Assembly: GCA_963662545.2 (NCBI GenBank)
Contig: CAXXLL010000003.1
Coordinates: forward strand, 2,112,001 to 2,176,000
DNA: 64,000 bases
Origin: Gammaproteobacteria bacterium
GTDB lineage: Bacteria > Pseudomonadota > Gammaproteobacteria > Ga0077536
Reading direction: 5' to 3'
Part shown: positions 33,149 through 45,216 of the stretch, one piece after another
How the letters are laid out: the number at the start of each line of letters is the position of its first letter
How positions within the stretch are numbered: the stretch's first letter is position 1
The notes under the pieces: generated by a model
Databases searched by the model: none
What the model was told of the DNA's origin: nothing
Seen by the model: the letters and a program-made list of their open reading frames with translations, nothing else
Program-made: the position numbers and the translations under genes

Positions 33149-33308
33149 GCTCTATTTCGAGTTCCTTGCATCCGATGCTGAGGGTGCGCAGCAAGGCCGC
33201 CTTTCCCGCATCATTCACTGCGGCGGATAGCTCTCCGTAATGGTGGGAGAGGTGGGCTGCCGTTAGCTGTGCCTGCCGCACTTCGTTTTGCACTTCATCG
33301 CTGGTCAT
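33149..33308 (-). pseudogene. Small ORF interrupted by IS630 (continues at 30297 as ASAKNADA-stop)
   Basis: Frame is restored across the TA target. Confidence 0.5.
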
Positions 33309-33316
33309 AGGCGATC

Positions 33317-33550
33317 CTAGATCCGCAATTCTTCGGGTTCTGGTAATTCCTCGAAGGAGCCTCCCAGCCACTCAGCGACCTGTATGCGGTAGTCCGTCCG
33401 TCCGCGCTCATAAGCGCAGATAGCGCAGGCGTGACGAGCCAGCTTCTCGCCTGACTGGTTGCGCGGCAAAGCTTGCATGATGTCGTCGTAAGGTTGCCGC
33501 CTGTCCTCGTTCGCGTTGCCGTGATGTTGCGGACAGTCGTGCTCAGCCAT
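33317..33550 (-). CDS. Small hypothetical protein (C..H / H.CxxC)
   Basis: TGATG overlap with the nuclease stop. Confidence 0.65.
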   Translation of the reverse strand: MAEHDCPQHHGNANEDRRQPYDDIMQALPRNQSGEKLARHACAICAYERGRTDYRIQVAEWLGGSFEELPEPEELRI

Positions 33551-34005
33551 CAGATCCTCCCCTGTGTCTGCCAGCGATGCAGCCCGCCTTGATCTAGAAC
33601 GTCCACGAGATTCCGTTTCCCGCGCTGGCTAAGAAGCCAGTCCTTCGCGCCCTTGCTTGCGCCACCGCCGTCCAACACGATGATCGCCGGAAACGCATCA
33701 TGGGCTATGCACTCGACCTCGAACGGGAACTTCTCGTCCACGCTCCCAGATGACGCTTGCCACTTGCACTGAATAACCAGGCAGTCGGGCCACTTCTGCG
33801 GGTGATGCAGGATGAAGTCTACGCGGCGCTGTTTCGCATAAATATTCAGCCCGGTTGGAACCTGTGCTGCGTAGATGGGCTGTTGCAGGCACCTTGCGGC
33901 AAAGAATCGCGCGGGCGTGATGCGCTCGTAATCTTCGGACAGGAGATCCGCAACGCTAGTTTCCAGCGCCCGGCCGCGCCGATTGGCCCGGGTACCTCTA
34001 GTCAC
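33550..34005 (-). CDS. PD-(D/E)XK nuclease, probable type II restriction endonuclease
   Basis: G..LE, VDF, IQCKWQ.SSGSVDEKFPF. Confidence 0.8.
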   Translation of the reverse strand: MTRGTRANRRGRALETSVADLLSEDYERITPARFFAARCLQQPIYAAQVPTGLNIYAKQRRVDFILHHPQKWPDCLVIQCKWQASSGSVDEKFPFEVECIAHDAFPAIIVLDGGGASKGAKDWLLSQRGKRNLVDVLDQGGLHRWQTQGRI

Positions 34006-34876
34006 GGATCAGCAGTTCCGGCACGCTGTCCCTGCCGTTGACATCCGAGTTGATGTTGCGCGGCGCGGTAACGTCAACGATTTCGTAATTGGCATACAGG
34101 CTGCGCATCGAGGACGTGTCCGCATTGCTCAGCAACACGCCCGCTCCCTCTCCCACCCAACCGTCGGCTGCGTCCCGTAACCGGCGCTGCGCGTCACCAG
34201 AAAAGCCCGCCGCCTGATAGCCGGTGAATGTGCCATCGTAGGGCGGGTCGCAGTAGATCAGATCTCCGGCGTCCGGCTGGACCACGCGGCCGAAGTCGCC
34301 AAGCTGAATCTGTGCACGGATCAAGGCCTTGCTCGCCTTACGCAAGCGTTCCGAGTTGCAGATATCCGGTTTCTTGTAACTGCCTTCGGGCACATTGAAT
34401 TTTCCGCTCTTGTTCACGCGGTACAGACCGTTGAAGCACGTTTTATTGAGATAGATGAATCGGGCGGCTACCTCGACCGGATCGGTCGGCTCCGATTCGC
34501 GGACGCGGTAGTAGTAGGTCTTGCCGTCTTTGTACTTTTTCCCCGCGCGCCGCCGGTGCGCCGTCTCATGCTGCGCCAGACGCGCTATCAGGGCCTCTAC
34601 GTCGTTCTTGACTATCTGATAGGTGATCATCAGCTCTTCATTCGTATCGGACAACACGGCCTGCTCGATGCGTTTGGCAAAGGTGAAGAACACGGCCCCG
34701 CCGCCCACGAACGGCTCCCAGTAGGTATTCACCTGTTCCGGGAAGTGCTGCGCTATAGCCGGGATCAGCACCCGCTTGCCACCAGCCCACTTGACGAACG
34801 GCATGGCCGCAGCAGGGCCGATATGCGGCGCGGTGGTGTGCTTGAGGACGCGCTTCAGGGGTACGACGTTACTCAT
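33998..34876 (-). CDS. Dam-family (D12) DNA adenine methyltransferase
   Basis: FVKWAGGK, EPFVGGG, YLNKTCFNGLYRVN, CDPPY; ATGA overlap with the transposase stop. Confidence 0.92.
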   Translation of the reverse strand: MSNVVPLKRVLKHTTAPHIGPAAAMPFVKWAGGKRVLIPAIAQHFPEQVNTYWEPFVGGGAVFFTFAKRIEQAVLSDTNEELMITYQIVKNDVEALIARLAQHETAHRRRAGKKYKDGKTYYYRVRESEPTDPVEVAARFIYLNKTCFNGLYRVNKSGKFNVPEGSYKKPDICNSERLRKASKALIRAQIQLGDFGRVVQPDAGDLIYCDPPYDGTFTGYQAAGFSGDAQRRLRDAADGWVGEGAGVLLSNADTSSMRSLYANYEIVDVTAPRNINSDVNGRDSVPELLIRD

Positions 34877-35862
34877 GCCCGCGCAGCGACCAGCGCCTTG
34901 TAGGGCATCTTGACGGTTAGCCCCTGCTCGACCAGACGGGACACGCGGCCATGCTGGTCCTCGTCGTGGTTCTGCCGGAAGGCGCAAGGATCGACGTACC
35001 GAACTGAGTGCTTGTGGCTCCACCAATGGTGTGTCCCGACGTAGCAACGCTTGAGCGTCGACCAAAATGACTCGATGGAGTTCGTGTGTACGTTTCCTCT
35101 CACGTACTCGCCAGCACCATGGTTCACGCTGGCCGTGGCATAAGGCAGCCCGCGATAACCGCCATGCTCATCGGTGTAGACGCGCGATCCGGCTTCCACG
35201 GTTTCGACTATCGGCGGATGCAGATCTGCCCTCGCATTCCCATCGATCGGTCTGGCCGTCACTCGGCCGCCGCGCTCCCGAAGGCCGAGGACCGCCTGCT
35301 TTCCAACCGTCCCACGCCCCGATTCGGCTTTCGCCAGCATCTTCCGCTTCGCTTTGCTCATGTTTTTACGCTTGCCGCCGATGTACGTTTCGTCGGCTTC
35401 CACAATCCCGCTGAGCGGCGTGTCATCGTCATTGCCGGCAGCGTGGCGGATCCGTTGGAGCATGTGCCATGCGGTCTTTTGGGTCACGCCAATGTCGCTC
35501 GCCAACTGGACGCTCGAGATCCCCTTGGCGTGGTTCGTGTCGAGATAGATAGCCATGAACCACTTGGGGAGCAGCTTGATCGGGCTGTCCGCGAAAATGG
35601 TTCCGGTGATCAGCCGAAAGGTGCGTCCACACGCTTTGCACTTGTGGCGGCGTCCATCGGAGAAGTGATAGATCCCCTCTATGTTACCGCAGTGCGGGCA
35701 ATAGGGGCCGTCCGCCCATCGGGTTTCACGCAGCAGATCTAGGCAATCATCGACCGTGGCATACTTGGCCGCGAACTCCATGACCGTCATCATCTTAATT
35801 TTCTCCAATTCGTGATGTGGCCATTTTATGAGAGAATTTCTGGATCGTCTAGTATATAATTC
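34873..35862 (-). mobile_element. IS1595-family transposase (to 35808) and left end GGGAATTATATAC
   Basis: CPHC..CKAC Zn ribbon; EADETYIGG, TDE, NSIESFW. Confidence 0.92.
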
Positions 35863-36348
35863 CCTTCGTTTAAGCCTTGGCGGACCAAAGCCGACAAGCC
35901 GTGAAAAGATTTACGCATGTCGGTCGGCGACCGGCACAACCAAATGCGCAAACCGCAAGGCGCTGACCACATCAGCGACGCGCCAACCGCAACACAATAT
36001 CGGGGCCCAGGGTGACCTCGACATCCCAACCATCATTTGACGATGACCGTGGCGGTGATAACTCAATGAAGGGGATTGTTTGTGACGCGGTTTGCTCCGC
36101 CCCGGATAATGCCGACTTCCAGCGCGCAAAGGTTGAATAACCGATGCCGCGTTGCGCGCAAAAAGCTTTGACCGAGAGCCCACTTTGGGCTTGCTCTGCG
36201 AACAATGCTCGCCACGCGGCGGGTGTACGGCGCTTCCAGCGGGATTTGCGTTGTGGTGTCATGTGCCAGGCTCCTAACGGGACGGAAAACCTGGCAAACT
36301 AACTCACTGCCATTTAAATCGGAATGACGGTCTGGTTTAACCGCTTAC
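35863..36348 (-). mobile_element. IS66 5' remnant (tnpA 35972-36262, start of tnpB)
   Basis: GTAAGCGG end; TDMRKSFHGL; cut by IS1595. Confidence 0.85.
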
Positions 36349-37098
36349 GACCGGGCGCGGGTGTGGGTGGGATTGTAGGGGGGTATCGCCGGATCAACTG
36401 GTCAAACGATCTCGCCGAATCAAGGTGTTGCGCTGGGTCAGGTGCAGCATGAAGGTAGGCGAAAGGTTGGTGCGTGTTGCGTAGCTTTCGATTAGTAGCA
36501 CACTATTATACGACTGGTTGTCAACCACCCCTGGCCCTGCATTCAATGAGCTCTCCGCTTTTGGCGATATGCACCTGAAGCGTGTCGCTTGTTCCTCTGG
36601 CGATGGTGGCGCATCCGTTCAAAAACACGATGAGAAATATCGAACAGCGCATCTTAGTCCTCCTACCTACTCTGTTTCCTCCACACTGGATATTTGCGCC
36701 GTAGAAAGATTGAAGAACCGCCCGGTTGGGTTGCGCGTTGCCGACGAATACGGTCACCGAGGTGGCGGGCTATGCCGATGGCGGAGCGGCTCGGGTGAAG
36801 CGGTCGTTGGCCGCATTGTCCGCGGTACTCCCAATGACAGGGTGGGCGTGGAACGCGCAGTCGTTCGCCTTCCCGCCGGCAATCTGGAGAAGTACGCCCG
36901 GGCGTGCCCCAAGATCGATCAGGCGACGCAGCTCGCGATTGGGGACCGCCGATAATGCACCCACGCCCAACTCTCCGACGCGGCATGTCAGACAGAGGTC
37001 AACTGACATCCCCCGTGTACGGGACCATCCATACAGTTCACCTGTCAAGTTGATCACCGTAAACTGGCTTGCGCCCTACTTCTACTTGGAGATGACAA

Positions 37099-39814
37099 GT
37101 GCCTAGTCTACCAGTCGACACCCCAGACGATGCGACTTCCCAAGAAGTAGTAGTTGAGGCCAACCGAAGAGGCATTATTTCGATTTCCGAAAACAGGATA
37201 AATTACTTCCTGTCCCGAGAACAATCCTACAATTGGAATGATCCAGAGGAATGGGTGCGAGCGGTCACAGTTGCCTGGATGGTTGTCGAAAAAGGATATC
37301 CAACTAATCGAATGAAACTGGAAGTCAGTGTGCCTCGCAGAACGCCGACGGATTTCGCGGATATCGTGATCTATGAAGACGATTCCTGTCGAGTGCCCTA
37401 CCTGGTTATCGAGAATAAGGCGTCGAATCAGAGTCGACGCAGTCGAGACCAAGGAATCGAGCAGGCGTTCGGAAATGCGAATTCTCTTCGCGCGCCTTTT
37501 ACGCTTTACGACGAAGCAGGGTTTAGCGCCCTATTTGATGTCGCCAATTTCCCGTCTACGGAACGAGTAGAAAATCTCCTTGGCGAGAGTACGACGCTAC
37601 CACCGGAGTACGGTAACGTACCCACATACTCACTCATTGCTGGAGAGCCCACCGACATTGCGGCCCTAGATTCGTACTCTCTGGAAACCCGTATTCGGCG
37701 CGCACATTCCCTTATCTGGGCAGGAGGTCGTCGAGATCCGCTTATGGCTTTCGACGAATGGAGCAAACTACTATTCGCTAAGGTAGTGGATGAACGTACT
37801 ACGCAAACCGGCGAGCCCCGTCGGTTCCAAATCGGAACGAATGAGACAACAGCCACTGTTGCAACACGAATTCATTCTCTCTTTGCACAGGCATGTTTGT
37901 CCGATCCAACGATTTTTCCTGCAGAAACACGAATTAGTTTGCCCGACTCTAAGGTTGCGGATGTTGTCAACATTTTGCAGCGTGTAGCCTTTACACGAAC
38001 TGACGTAGATAGCATTGGAAAGGCCTTTGAACAATTCTTTGGATCTATATTTCGCGGAGGGCTAGGGCAGTATTTCACCATGCGTCAATTGGCGCGATTC
38101 ATTGTCTCTGCCTTAGACATTTCGCATACTGACTATGTACTGGATCCGACATGTGGCAGTGGAGGATTTCTACTAGAGCAGCCTGCTGCAAGTGTGGTCG
38201 CGAATTGATTCGACATTCGATGGCCAACCACCGGGTCAAGTTCAACGAGTAAAGTATGACTTTTCTATGAACCAAGTATATGGAATAGAGGTTCACGAAA
38301 TACTTGCACGAATTTGCAAGATAAATCTATTGTTGCACCACGACGGCCACACAAACATCGAAGGTAATCGATCCGTACTAGATGCTGCATTTTCGAACGC
38401 CAGGCTAAATCCCCCTGAGAACAGATTTACCGCGGTAGTGGGAAATCCACCGTTCGGTACCGAGGTGGTGGAAGGGGATGAGGAGCAACTAGGTCAGAAC
38501 CGACTTGAGAATTTCGTCGTGGCCCGCGGGTTGGGAAAGGTAGATTCGGAACAGATCATTGTGGAACAAGCAATTAGAATGTTGGAACCTGGGGGACGAT
38601 TCGGGCTAATTGTGCCCGACGGCCTTCTGAACAATCAAGGGGGGAGATCGAATTGCCCGCGCTCTAGAAGGTTCATTGCAACGCAGGGAAGGATTTCGGC
38701 GATTGTGTCCCTTCCGGATCACGCATTCCGCAAATCAGGCGCGCAAAATAAGACTTCTATCCTCATGTTCGAGAAGTTCTCTATCGCAGAAAAGCGGCGA
38801 TTTGATAGAGAATACAATCGACATCGTGAGGAGGATGGAAGTCCAAGTGCTTGTATTCAACTAGCCATTAGATCCGCGCGGCTCGGATATCGGACATTTC
38901 TTGGCGAAGCCTCTGATGTAGGGTATACGCCGGCGGGTGTGTCAACACGCGCCAATGATTTGTTTGCGAGCACAGAGAACGGTGGTTTGAGCGCTGAGCA
39001 GGTGGGCACGGTATTGGGGGAATTGCGTCGGTTTAGAGCGAACCCAGGGAGATATGAGGGTTATGTCAGGCCGGATTGCGCCGGACTGTCATTCGGGGAT
39101 CTTTGGTCTGCACACCCAAGCAACCGGCTAGATCCTAAATACCATCTCTTTAAGCGTGAGTCGGGCCGAGAGGTTCCACCGGGGTGGGTAAGAAGTCGAT
39201 TAGGTGATGTATTGGAGAGACGTGAAGAGAGAGCCGTATTTGAGGGAAACGAAGATCGTCTATATACAGTAATTACAATTGCGCAAACTGGTGAAATCAG
39301 AGCGAGGGAGGCGGGCAAAGGTCACAATCCACCCGAATGGCGTGGAACATATTTTCTGGAAAGTCCTGGCAAGTGGTACGCAGCGCACGTTGGGGATGTG
39401 GTATTTTCATCTATAGACCTATGGAAGGGGTGTATTGCAATCGTACCTGAAGGCTTTGAAGGCGCGTTGGTGACGAGTGAATTTCCTATTTATTCCGTAA
39501 GAGATGGTAGATTGTCTCCAATGTTTCTACAGGTGCTCTTGCGAAGCAGGTATTATCAAAGGGCGTTTAGAGCGATCACCACGGGACACAGTAATCGGCG
39601 CAGGACGCAAGTGCCTGATTTCGAGGACTTGGAGATTGTCTTTCCGGCAGAGCTTGACGAACAGGAACAGTTGATTCTGGAGGTTCGCATCGTTAGGGGC
39701 CAGCAGCAAGGTGCCGTCAACTCATTAGCACTGGCTTTGAGGAATTTTGATGACGTCATCGACGGCAGAGGTGACGAAGTTCTTCCTGATGTTGAAGGCT
39801 CGGACAATGAATAG
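37099..39814 (+). pseudogene. Fused restriction-modification enzyme (HsdR_N-like nuclease + N6-adenine MTase + TRD), frameshift at ~38180
   Basis: PEEWVR, ADIVIY, IENK; GQYFT, DPTCGSGGFL, GNPPFG; C-terminal GDVVFS...SEFP. Confidence 0.85.
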
Positions 39815-40720
39815 GCAGCCTCGCAATCGCGAAGACAGGAGAGTGAATCGTGAAGCGACTGAGGCCAACTTCCTGGCGTTCTTGAAGAAGTCCCCCCAGT
39901 TCTTGATACCGATCTACCAGCGCACTTATAGCTGGACGGAACGGGAGTGCGGGCAGCTCTGGGAGGACATCCTGCGAACCGGCGGCAATGACGCCATTGC
40001 GGCTCACTTTACGGGCTCCATTGTCTACATCGAAAAGGGTCTGTTTCAAATTTCTAGCCAGTCGTCACTGCTGGTTATCGACGGCCAGCAGCGTCTTGCA
40101 ACGATCATGCTCATACTTGAGGCGGTTGCGAGACATGTCGGTGACGGTGAACCAGTGGATGGATTTTCAGCGAAAAAGGTGCGCAGCTACTACCTCCTCA
40201 ACCCATTAGAAGAGGGGGAACGCGGCTTTAAGCTGCTGCTGACACAGACAGACAAGCAGAGCCTGCTTGCCCTCATGCAGCAGAAGCCAACACCGGGGGC
40301 GCGTTCGCTCCGGATTGAGCAAAATTTTGTGTTCTTCGAGGAACGGATGGGTGCGCTCGGGGCGTCCGGACTCGCAGCGCTTTGCAAGGGCATCGGAAAG
40401 CTCACGATCGTGGACGTCGCCCTCAGTCGTGATCAGGACAATCCGCAGCTCATCTTCGAGAGCATGAATTCGACCGGTCGTGAGTTGAGCCAGGCCGATC
40501 TGATCCGCAATTTCATTTAGATGGGGCTGGAGCCAGCCCATCAGACATGCCTCTATGGGGATTACTGGCGGCCGATGGAGGTCGCCTTTGGTCAGGAGGC
40601 CTACGGCACTCACTTCGACGGATTCATGAGGCACTACCTTACGTTCAAGACGGGTGACATTCCCAACGTCCGGGCGGTCTATGAAGCGTTCAAAGGCCAC
40701 GCCCGCTCTCCGACCTCTCA
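39807..40720 (+). pseudogene. GmrSD-like DUF262 protein; in-frame TAG at 40518, 3'-truncated
   Basis: IPIYQRTYSW, IDGQQRL, IFESMNSTG.ELSQADLIRN. Confidence 0.88.
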
Positions 40721-40723
40721 ATA

Positions 40724-40874
40724 CATACGCGCGGATCGTCTCCAGAATGCTCATAACGTCCCGCTCGTTCTCCATCGTATCGTGGTAATGAATGTGGGAT
40801 CATGAGGAATTAAGCCAATTAATTATCTTAAACATCAATTATTTATTGTCGACTGTTCGCGGACGTTCTGACCG
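40724..40874 (+). repeat. Internal diverged copy of the island right end (attR-like)
   Basis: Homologous to 51592-51745; ends in CGCGGACG. Confidence 0.8.
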
Positions 40875-41187
40875 GGGCTTTGCTGGACCGCCTGACCCAC
40901 CCTGTCCATATCCTGGAAATGAACGGCGAGAGCTATCGTCTCAACCAAAGCCAAAAACGGCGGAAATCCCCAAATACGCCTGCTTGACCACCGAACTCAA
41001 GGTTGACCCGGTGGGTCCACAGGAACCTCCCACGCTGCTTCGCTCCGCGTAACGCAAGCGCTACACGAAGCAGCGCGGGTCCCTCCTATGGACTACCGGG
41101 ACAACCCCCCAACACTGCGTACCGCATAACGTTAAGTGGACTAGTTTTGCTCCGCCCGGGTGGACTAATTTTGCTCCGCCGTTGACA
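40866..41187 (+). mobile_element. IS21 3' remnant (istB C-terminus and right end)
   Basis: [25 protein letters not shown]; repeated GTGGACTA.TTTTGCTCCGCC; TTGACA end. Confidence 0.85.
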
Positions 41188-41190
41188 CAC

Positions 41191-41667
41191 TGAGCGGTGG
41201 ACCCCATCGATTGGACAGCTGAACGGCGGAGCTAAGTGAAATCTTCTGTATTAAAGTACTCGGCGGAGAAGGAGCAGAAGATGACAAAGAGGAAACGACG
41301 CAATCATTCGGCAAGCTTCAAGGCGAAAGTGGCTGTGGCGGCGGTTCGAGAGGACCGCACGGTGGTTGAACTCGCTGAGCAGTTTGATATTCACCCCAAT
41401 CAAATCCAGGACTGGAAGAAGAAGCTGTTGTCGCATGCGGAGGAGTTTTTTGGCAATGGCGCTAAGGACGGAGGCGAGAACGGTGAACGCGAGACCGAGA
41501 AGCTCCACGCCAAAATCGGTCAACTGACAATGGAGAAGGATTTTTTATCCAAAGCGCTCGGTCGCGACCGATGAGCGAGCGCAGACAGATGGTCCAGCGC
41601 GAACATTCGTTGCCGGTCACCCGGCGCTGTGAGCTGCTCGAGGTCGCGCGCTCGACGGCGTACTACC
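41191..41667 (+). mobile_element. IS3-family copy truncated by IS66 (orfA 41281-41574)
   Basis: Near-identical inverted copy of 49891-50367. Confidence 0.9.
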
Positions 41668-44022
41668 GTAACCGGTCAAACGGCGGCGTCTGGTAATTGA
41701 TCTCGTGTTGCGGTAACGACGGCCAAGTTAGAACGCAGCGGTTGGGTAGCGAACAATGTCTTCCACACCCGAGGCGTGAGTTGTTCCACTGCGCTATCCG
41801 GATGGATCGCGATCCTCTGGAGTACATCAACCAGGTAGGTGTACGGATTAATGCCGTGTATTCGGCAAGTACAGATCAAACTTTGTATGATCCCAACGTG
41901 TTCAGCGCCCACCTCAGTCCAACAGAACATCCAATTCTTTCGGCCCATCGGAATGGGTCTCAGAGCGCGCTCTAAATGATTCGTGTCGATCGCGACGCTC
42001 GCATCCGATAAGTAAACACGTAACGCGCCCTCACGCTCGGCTGCATAGGCCAGCGCCTTCGTAAACGGCTGACTCGGTAATAAACCCATGCACTGGCGTT
42101 GCTCGTCAAGCCAGGCAAAAAATGCATCAACCGCAGGCAAGGCGTACCGGCTGCGGTAGGTCTGGGTCGCCGCTTCATCCATTGCCTGGTCACGGATGGT
42201 GGCCTCAACGGCATACAGTGCCGCGATCAAATCAAGTGCCTGCGCCGCACTTTGTGGCCTATCGGATAATGCCCTTTCGAACTGACGACGCGTGTGCGCC
42301 CAGCATTGCGCATGCACGACTTCATCGCCGCGATCGGCGGCAAAACGCGCATAAGCCGCGGCGCCATCGGTTAGTAAGGTGCCTTTAAAGTCCACCAACG
42401 TTTTGTCGATGTGCGACCGCGCCTTGGTTCGCGCAAACGTGAACGCAATCTCATCCGCTTCGCCATAAATTGGCCAATACCACGCCGCGTTCATCTTGCC
42501 CTTGCCCGAGCGACCCGCCTTAATCGGCGTTTCATCCATCGCCAGCGTCTTCGATAACAAGATATGCCGCAACTGCGCCAGATAAATCGGCTTCAACAGG
42601 TCACTTGCCTTCTGCACCCAGTGCGTCAGACTCGACCGCGCCACGGTAATGCCGTTCAGCCCCATTCGTTGATGTTGACGGTACAGCGGCAGGTGATAAG
42701 CGAACTTATCAACCAGCATCCCCGCAACCACACTCACATCCGCCAATGAGCCGGACCACAGACCATCGGGCGCCGGGATCGTGAAGATCTGACCGTCGCT
42801 TTTGCGCTTCACTACCGGTTGGATGTACTTCAAGACCACATAGGCCGCCGGCCGTTGCGCTAAACGATAGGTGATCTTTTCACTGCTCGCTTCAAACGCA
42901 TCCGCGACATCTTCAGGTACCGACAATTGGATGCATTCAATCGGCACCGAGTCATCGAAACGTAACCCTTGATCAGTCACACAATCATCGCCACGGCGCT
43001 TTCCTTTGCGCCGCTGATAAGTGATCGTTTCTTTCTCAACCGCCGCCGTCGATGACGACTCATCCTCGAAGCCATTGAGTAACCGTTGATCGGGATTGGG
43101 ATCAATCAGCCGCCGTTCAGACTTGCGACCGAACAGTTGGCGTTTGAACCAGTCGAGTTGTTGGGTGAGTGTGGCGACCTGCGTTTTGAGGGCTGTGTTT
43201 TCCGCTTGTAACACCGCCGCATCAAGTGATATTTCCGGCGTTGCATAACCCCCATTCATGGGTACGTATTGTACCGTTTACACTGCTGACCGTCGATCGT
43301 TTTCCGGTAATCGAAACCGTTTTAATCGACGCACTGAGCGTAGATCGATCCCTTCAATAATGCACTGCCATTCGCTGCGTTGCAGCCGCTGTTTGACCTC
43401 GCTATTCCACCGAACCTGGAACTGACCGCGTTCGAGTTTCTTACTCCACAGACAATATCCGTCCGACTCAAAGTACAGCGCTTTTAATAACGTACGCCGG
43501 CGATTGACGAAAACGTACAGTGCCCCATCGAGGGGCTCCTCGTGTAACGCCTGCCGCACCAACGCCGATAAACCATGGAACGATTGACGCATATCAGTCG
43601 GTGCCCGACATAACCATATACGCAAACCCGATGGGGGCGACCACATCAGTGCCGTGACACACGTAGCACGATGTCATCACCGAGCGCTAACTCGATATCC
43701 CATTGTGCATTGGTTAATGGTTGTAACGGGGCCAACTCGACGAAACGTGTTTCCGCCTTCCCTATCTGAGCGTCCCTCGCTGACCTCGACTTCCTTTTAC
43801 TGAACGTCGAATATCCAATTCCTCGCTCAGCACAGAATGCGCGGATCGATGAACCGCTTTGTGCCTGCTCCGCTAATAGGCCACGCCACTCATCCGCACT
43901 ACGTCGTTTGTTCCGAGGTTTTCCGTGATCATTCATTTACCAAGCTCCCGATTGACTGGGAAACCTGGCAAACTAAACCATCTGCCCGAGACCGTGAATA
44001 ACGGCCTGGATTGACCGGTTAC
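41668..44022 (-). mobile_element. IS66 element: tnpA 43646-43936, tnpB 43278-43646, tnpC 41676-43259; no TSD
   Basis: GTAACCGGTCAA inverted repeats; DETP, CWAHTRR, N..ERALR. Confidence 0.95.
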
Positions 44023-44888
44023 ACTCAAACTCCTTCGCGTATTTCTGAAGGTGCTTCCCGGAAACGTGGACGTGCGTCCCGCGGATCGAAAGCTTGAGGC
44101 GTGCCCAGTAGCCTTCCATGCCGTTGACGTGGCACGCACCGCTCACATATTCACCCGCGCCGTGATTAACCGTCTCATGCTCGTATCCGGCCCGAGACAG
44201 CCCGCTATAGGACTTCAGTTCGTCGGTATGAACCGTGCTGCCCGCTTTGACGTTCGCCTTGATGATGGGCTGAAGGGTCTTTTTACGCACGTTCGGAACG
44301 ACCTTCGTCATCACATCGCCGCCACGTTCAAGCATACCGAACACAACAGTTTTACCGGGAGCGCCGCGTCCGCGTTTGCCGCCAGATCTCTTACCGCCCA
44401 CATACGTCTCATCCGCCTCAATATCGCCGCCTCCAGGTCCGCCCAACGGCCACTCGCCGTCCGTATCGGCCATATACTTGCGGATCTGGTGCGCCATGCG
44501 CCACGCACACTTGTAAGTCACACCAAGCTGACGCTCCAATTCCTTCGCTGCCACCCCGTGACGAGAGACAGAGAACAAGTGCATCGCATAAAACCACTTA
44601 TGGAGCGGGGTGCGACTGCGGTGCATGAGCGTTCCGGCGCAGGGGTAGATATGATGCTTGCAGTGCTGGCACAGATAGGCTCGGTCGCGTTTCAGGCGAT
44701 AGAACTTGCTGTGCTGCCCGCACTTCGGGCAGTCGAACTCTGTACCGCCGTAGCGCGCGGTCATCATGTGATGCAAGCACGCCTCATCGTCCGGGAACTG
44801 CTTTTGAAATTCGTAGAATGTCGTCATCGCCTTCTCCTATGCCCCTATATTAGGGCATGAGTGATGACGTGTTAAGGGGATAATTACG
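44023..44888 (-). mobile_element. IS1595 copy, 3'-truncated by IS66
   Basis: Inverted copy of the element starting at 47065; same protein sequence up to the break. Confidence 0.92.
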
Positions 44889-44924
44889 TTAAAGAATAAT
44901 AGCCGCGTGAGCGGATATGCCCCC

Positions 44925-45165
44925 TTCGTCGGTTACTACAACCACGAGCGCTACCACGAGAGTCTGAATAACTTGACTCCGGCGGATGTGTACTACGGGC
45001 GCGGTGAGACGATTATATCGATGCGGCAAAAAATTTAGCGGCGCACGCTCGAACCGCGCCGGCAGTTACACTATCAACAAAAGGCAGCTTGAATGGCAAA
45101 CCCGATGAGCCGAATACTCTCTTAATTCTGACTGCCCTCTGTCCGAAAAGCTTTGACGACGTATA
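44925..45165 (+). mobile_element. IS3-family 3' remnant
   Basis: YYNHERYHESLNNLTPADVYYGR. Confidence 0.75.
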
Positions 45166-45216
45166 GTATAAGGAGTCACACCTCAATTCTATTAAACACT
45201 ATCAGGAGCGTGTTCG

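Noticed and set aside
36355-36440. Third attR-like relic (GTGGG/GGGGGTA repeats)
   Set aside because: No core sequence and too little similarity to the two real ends.
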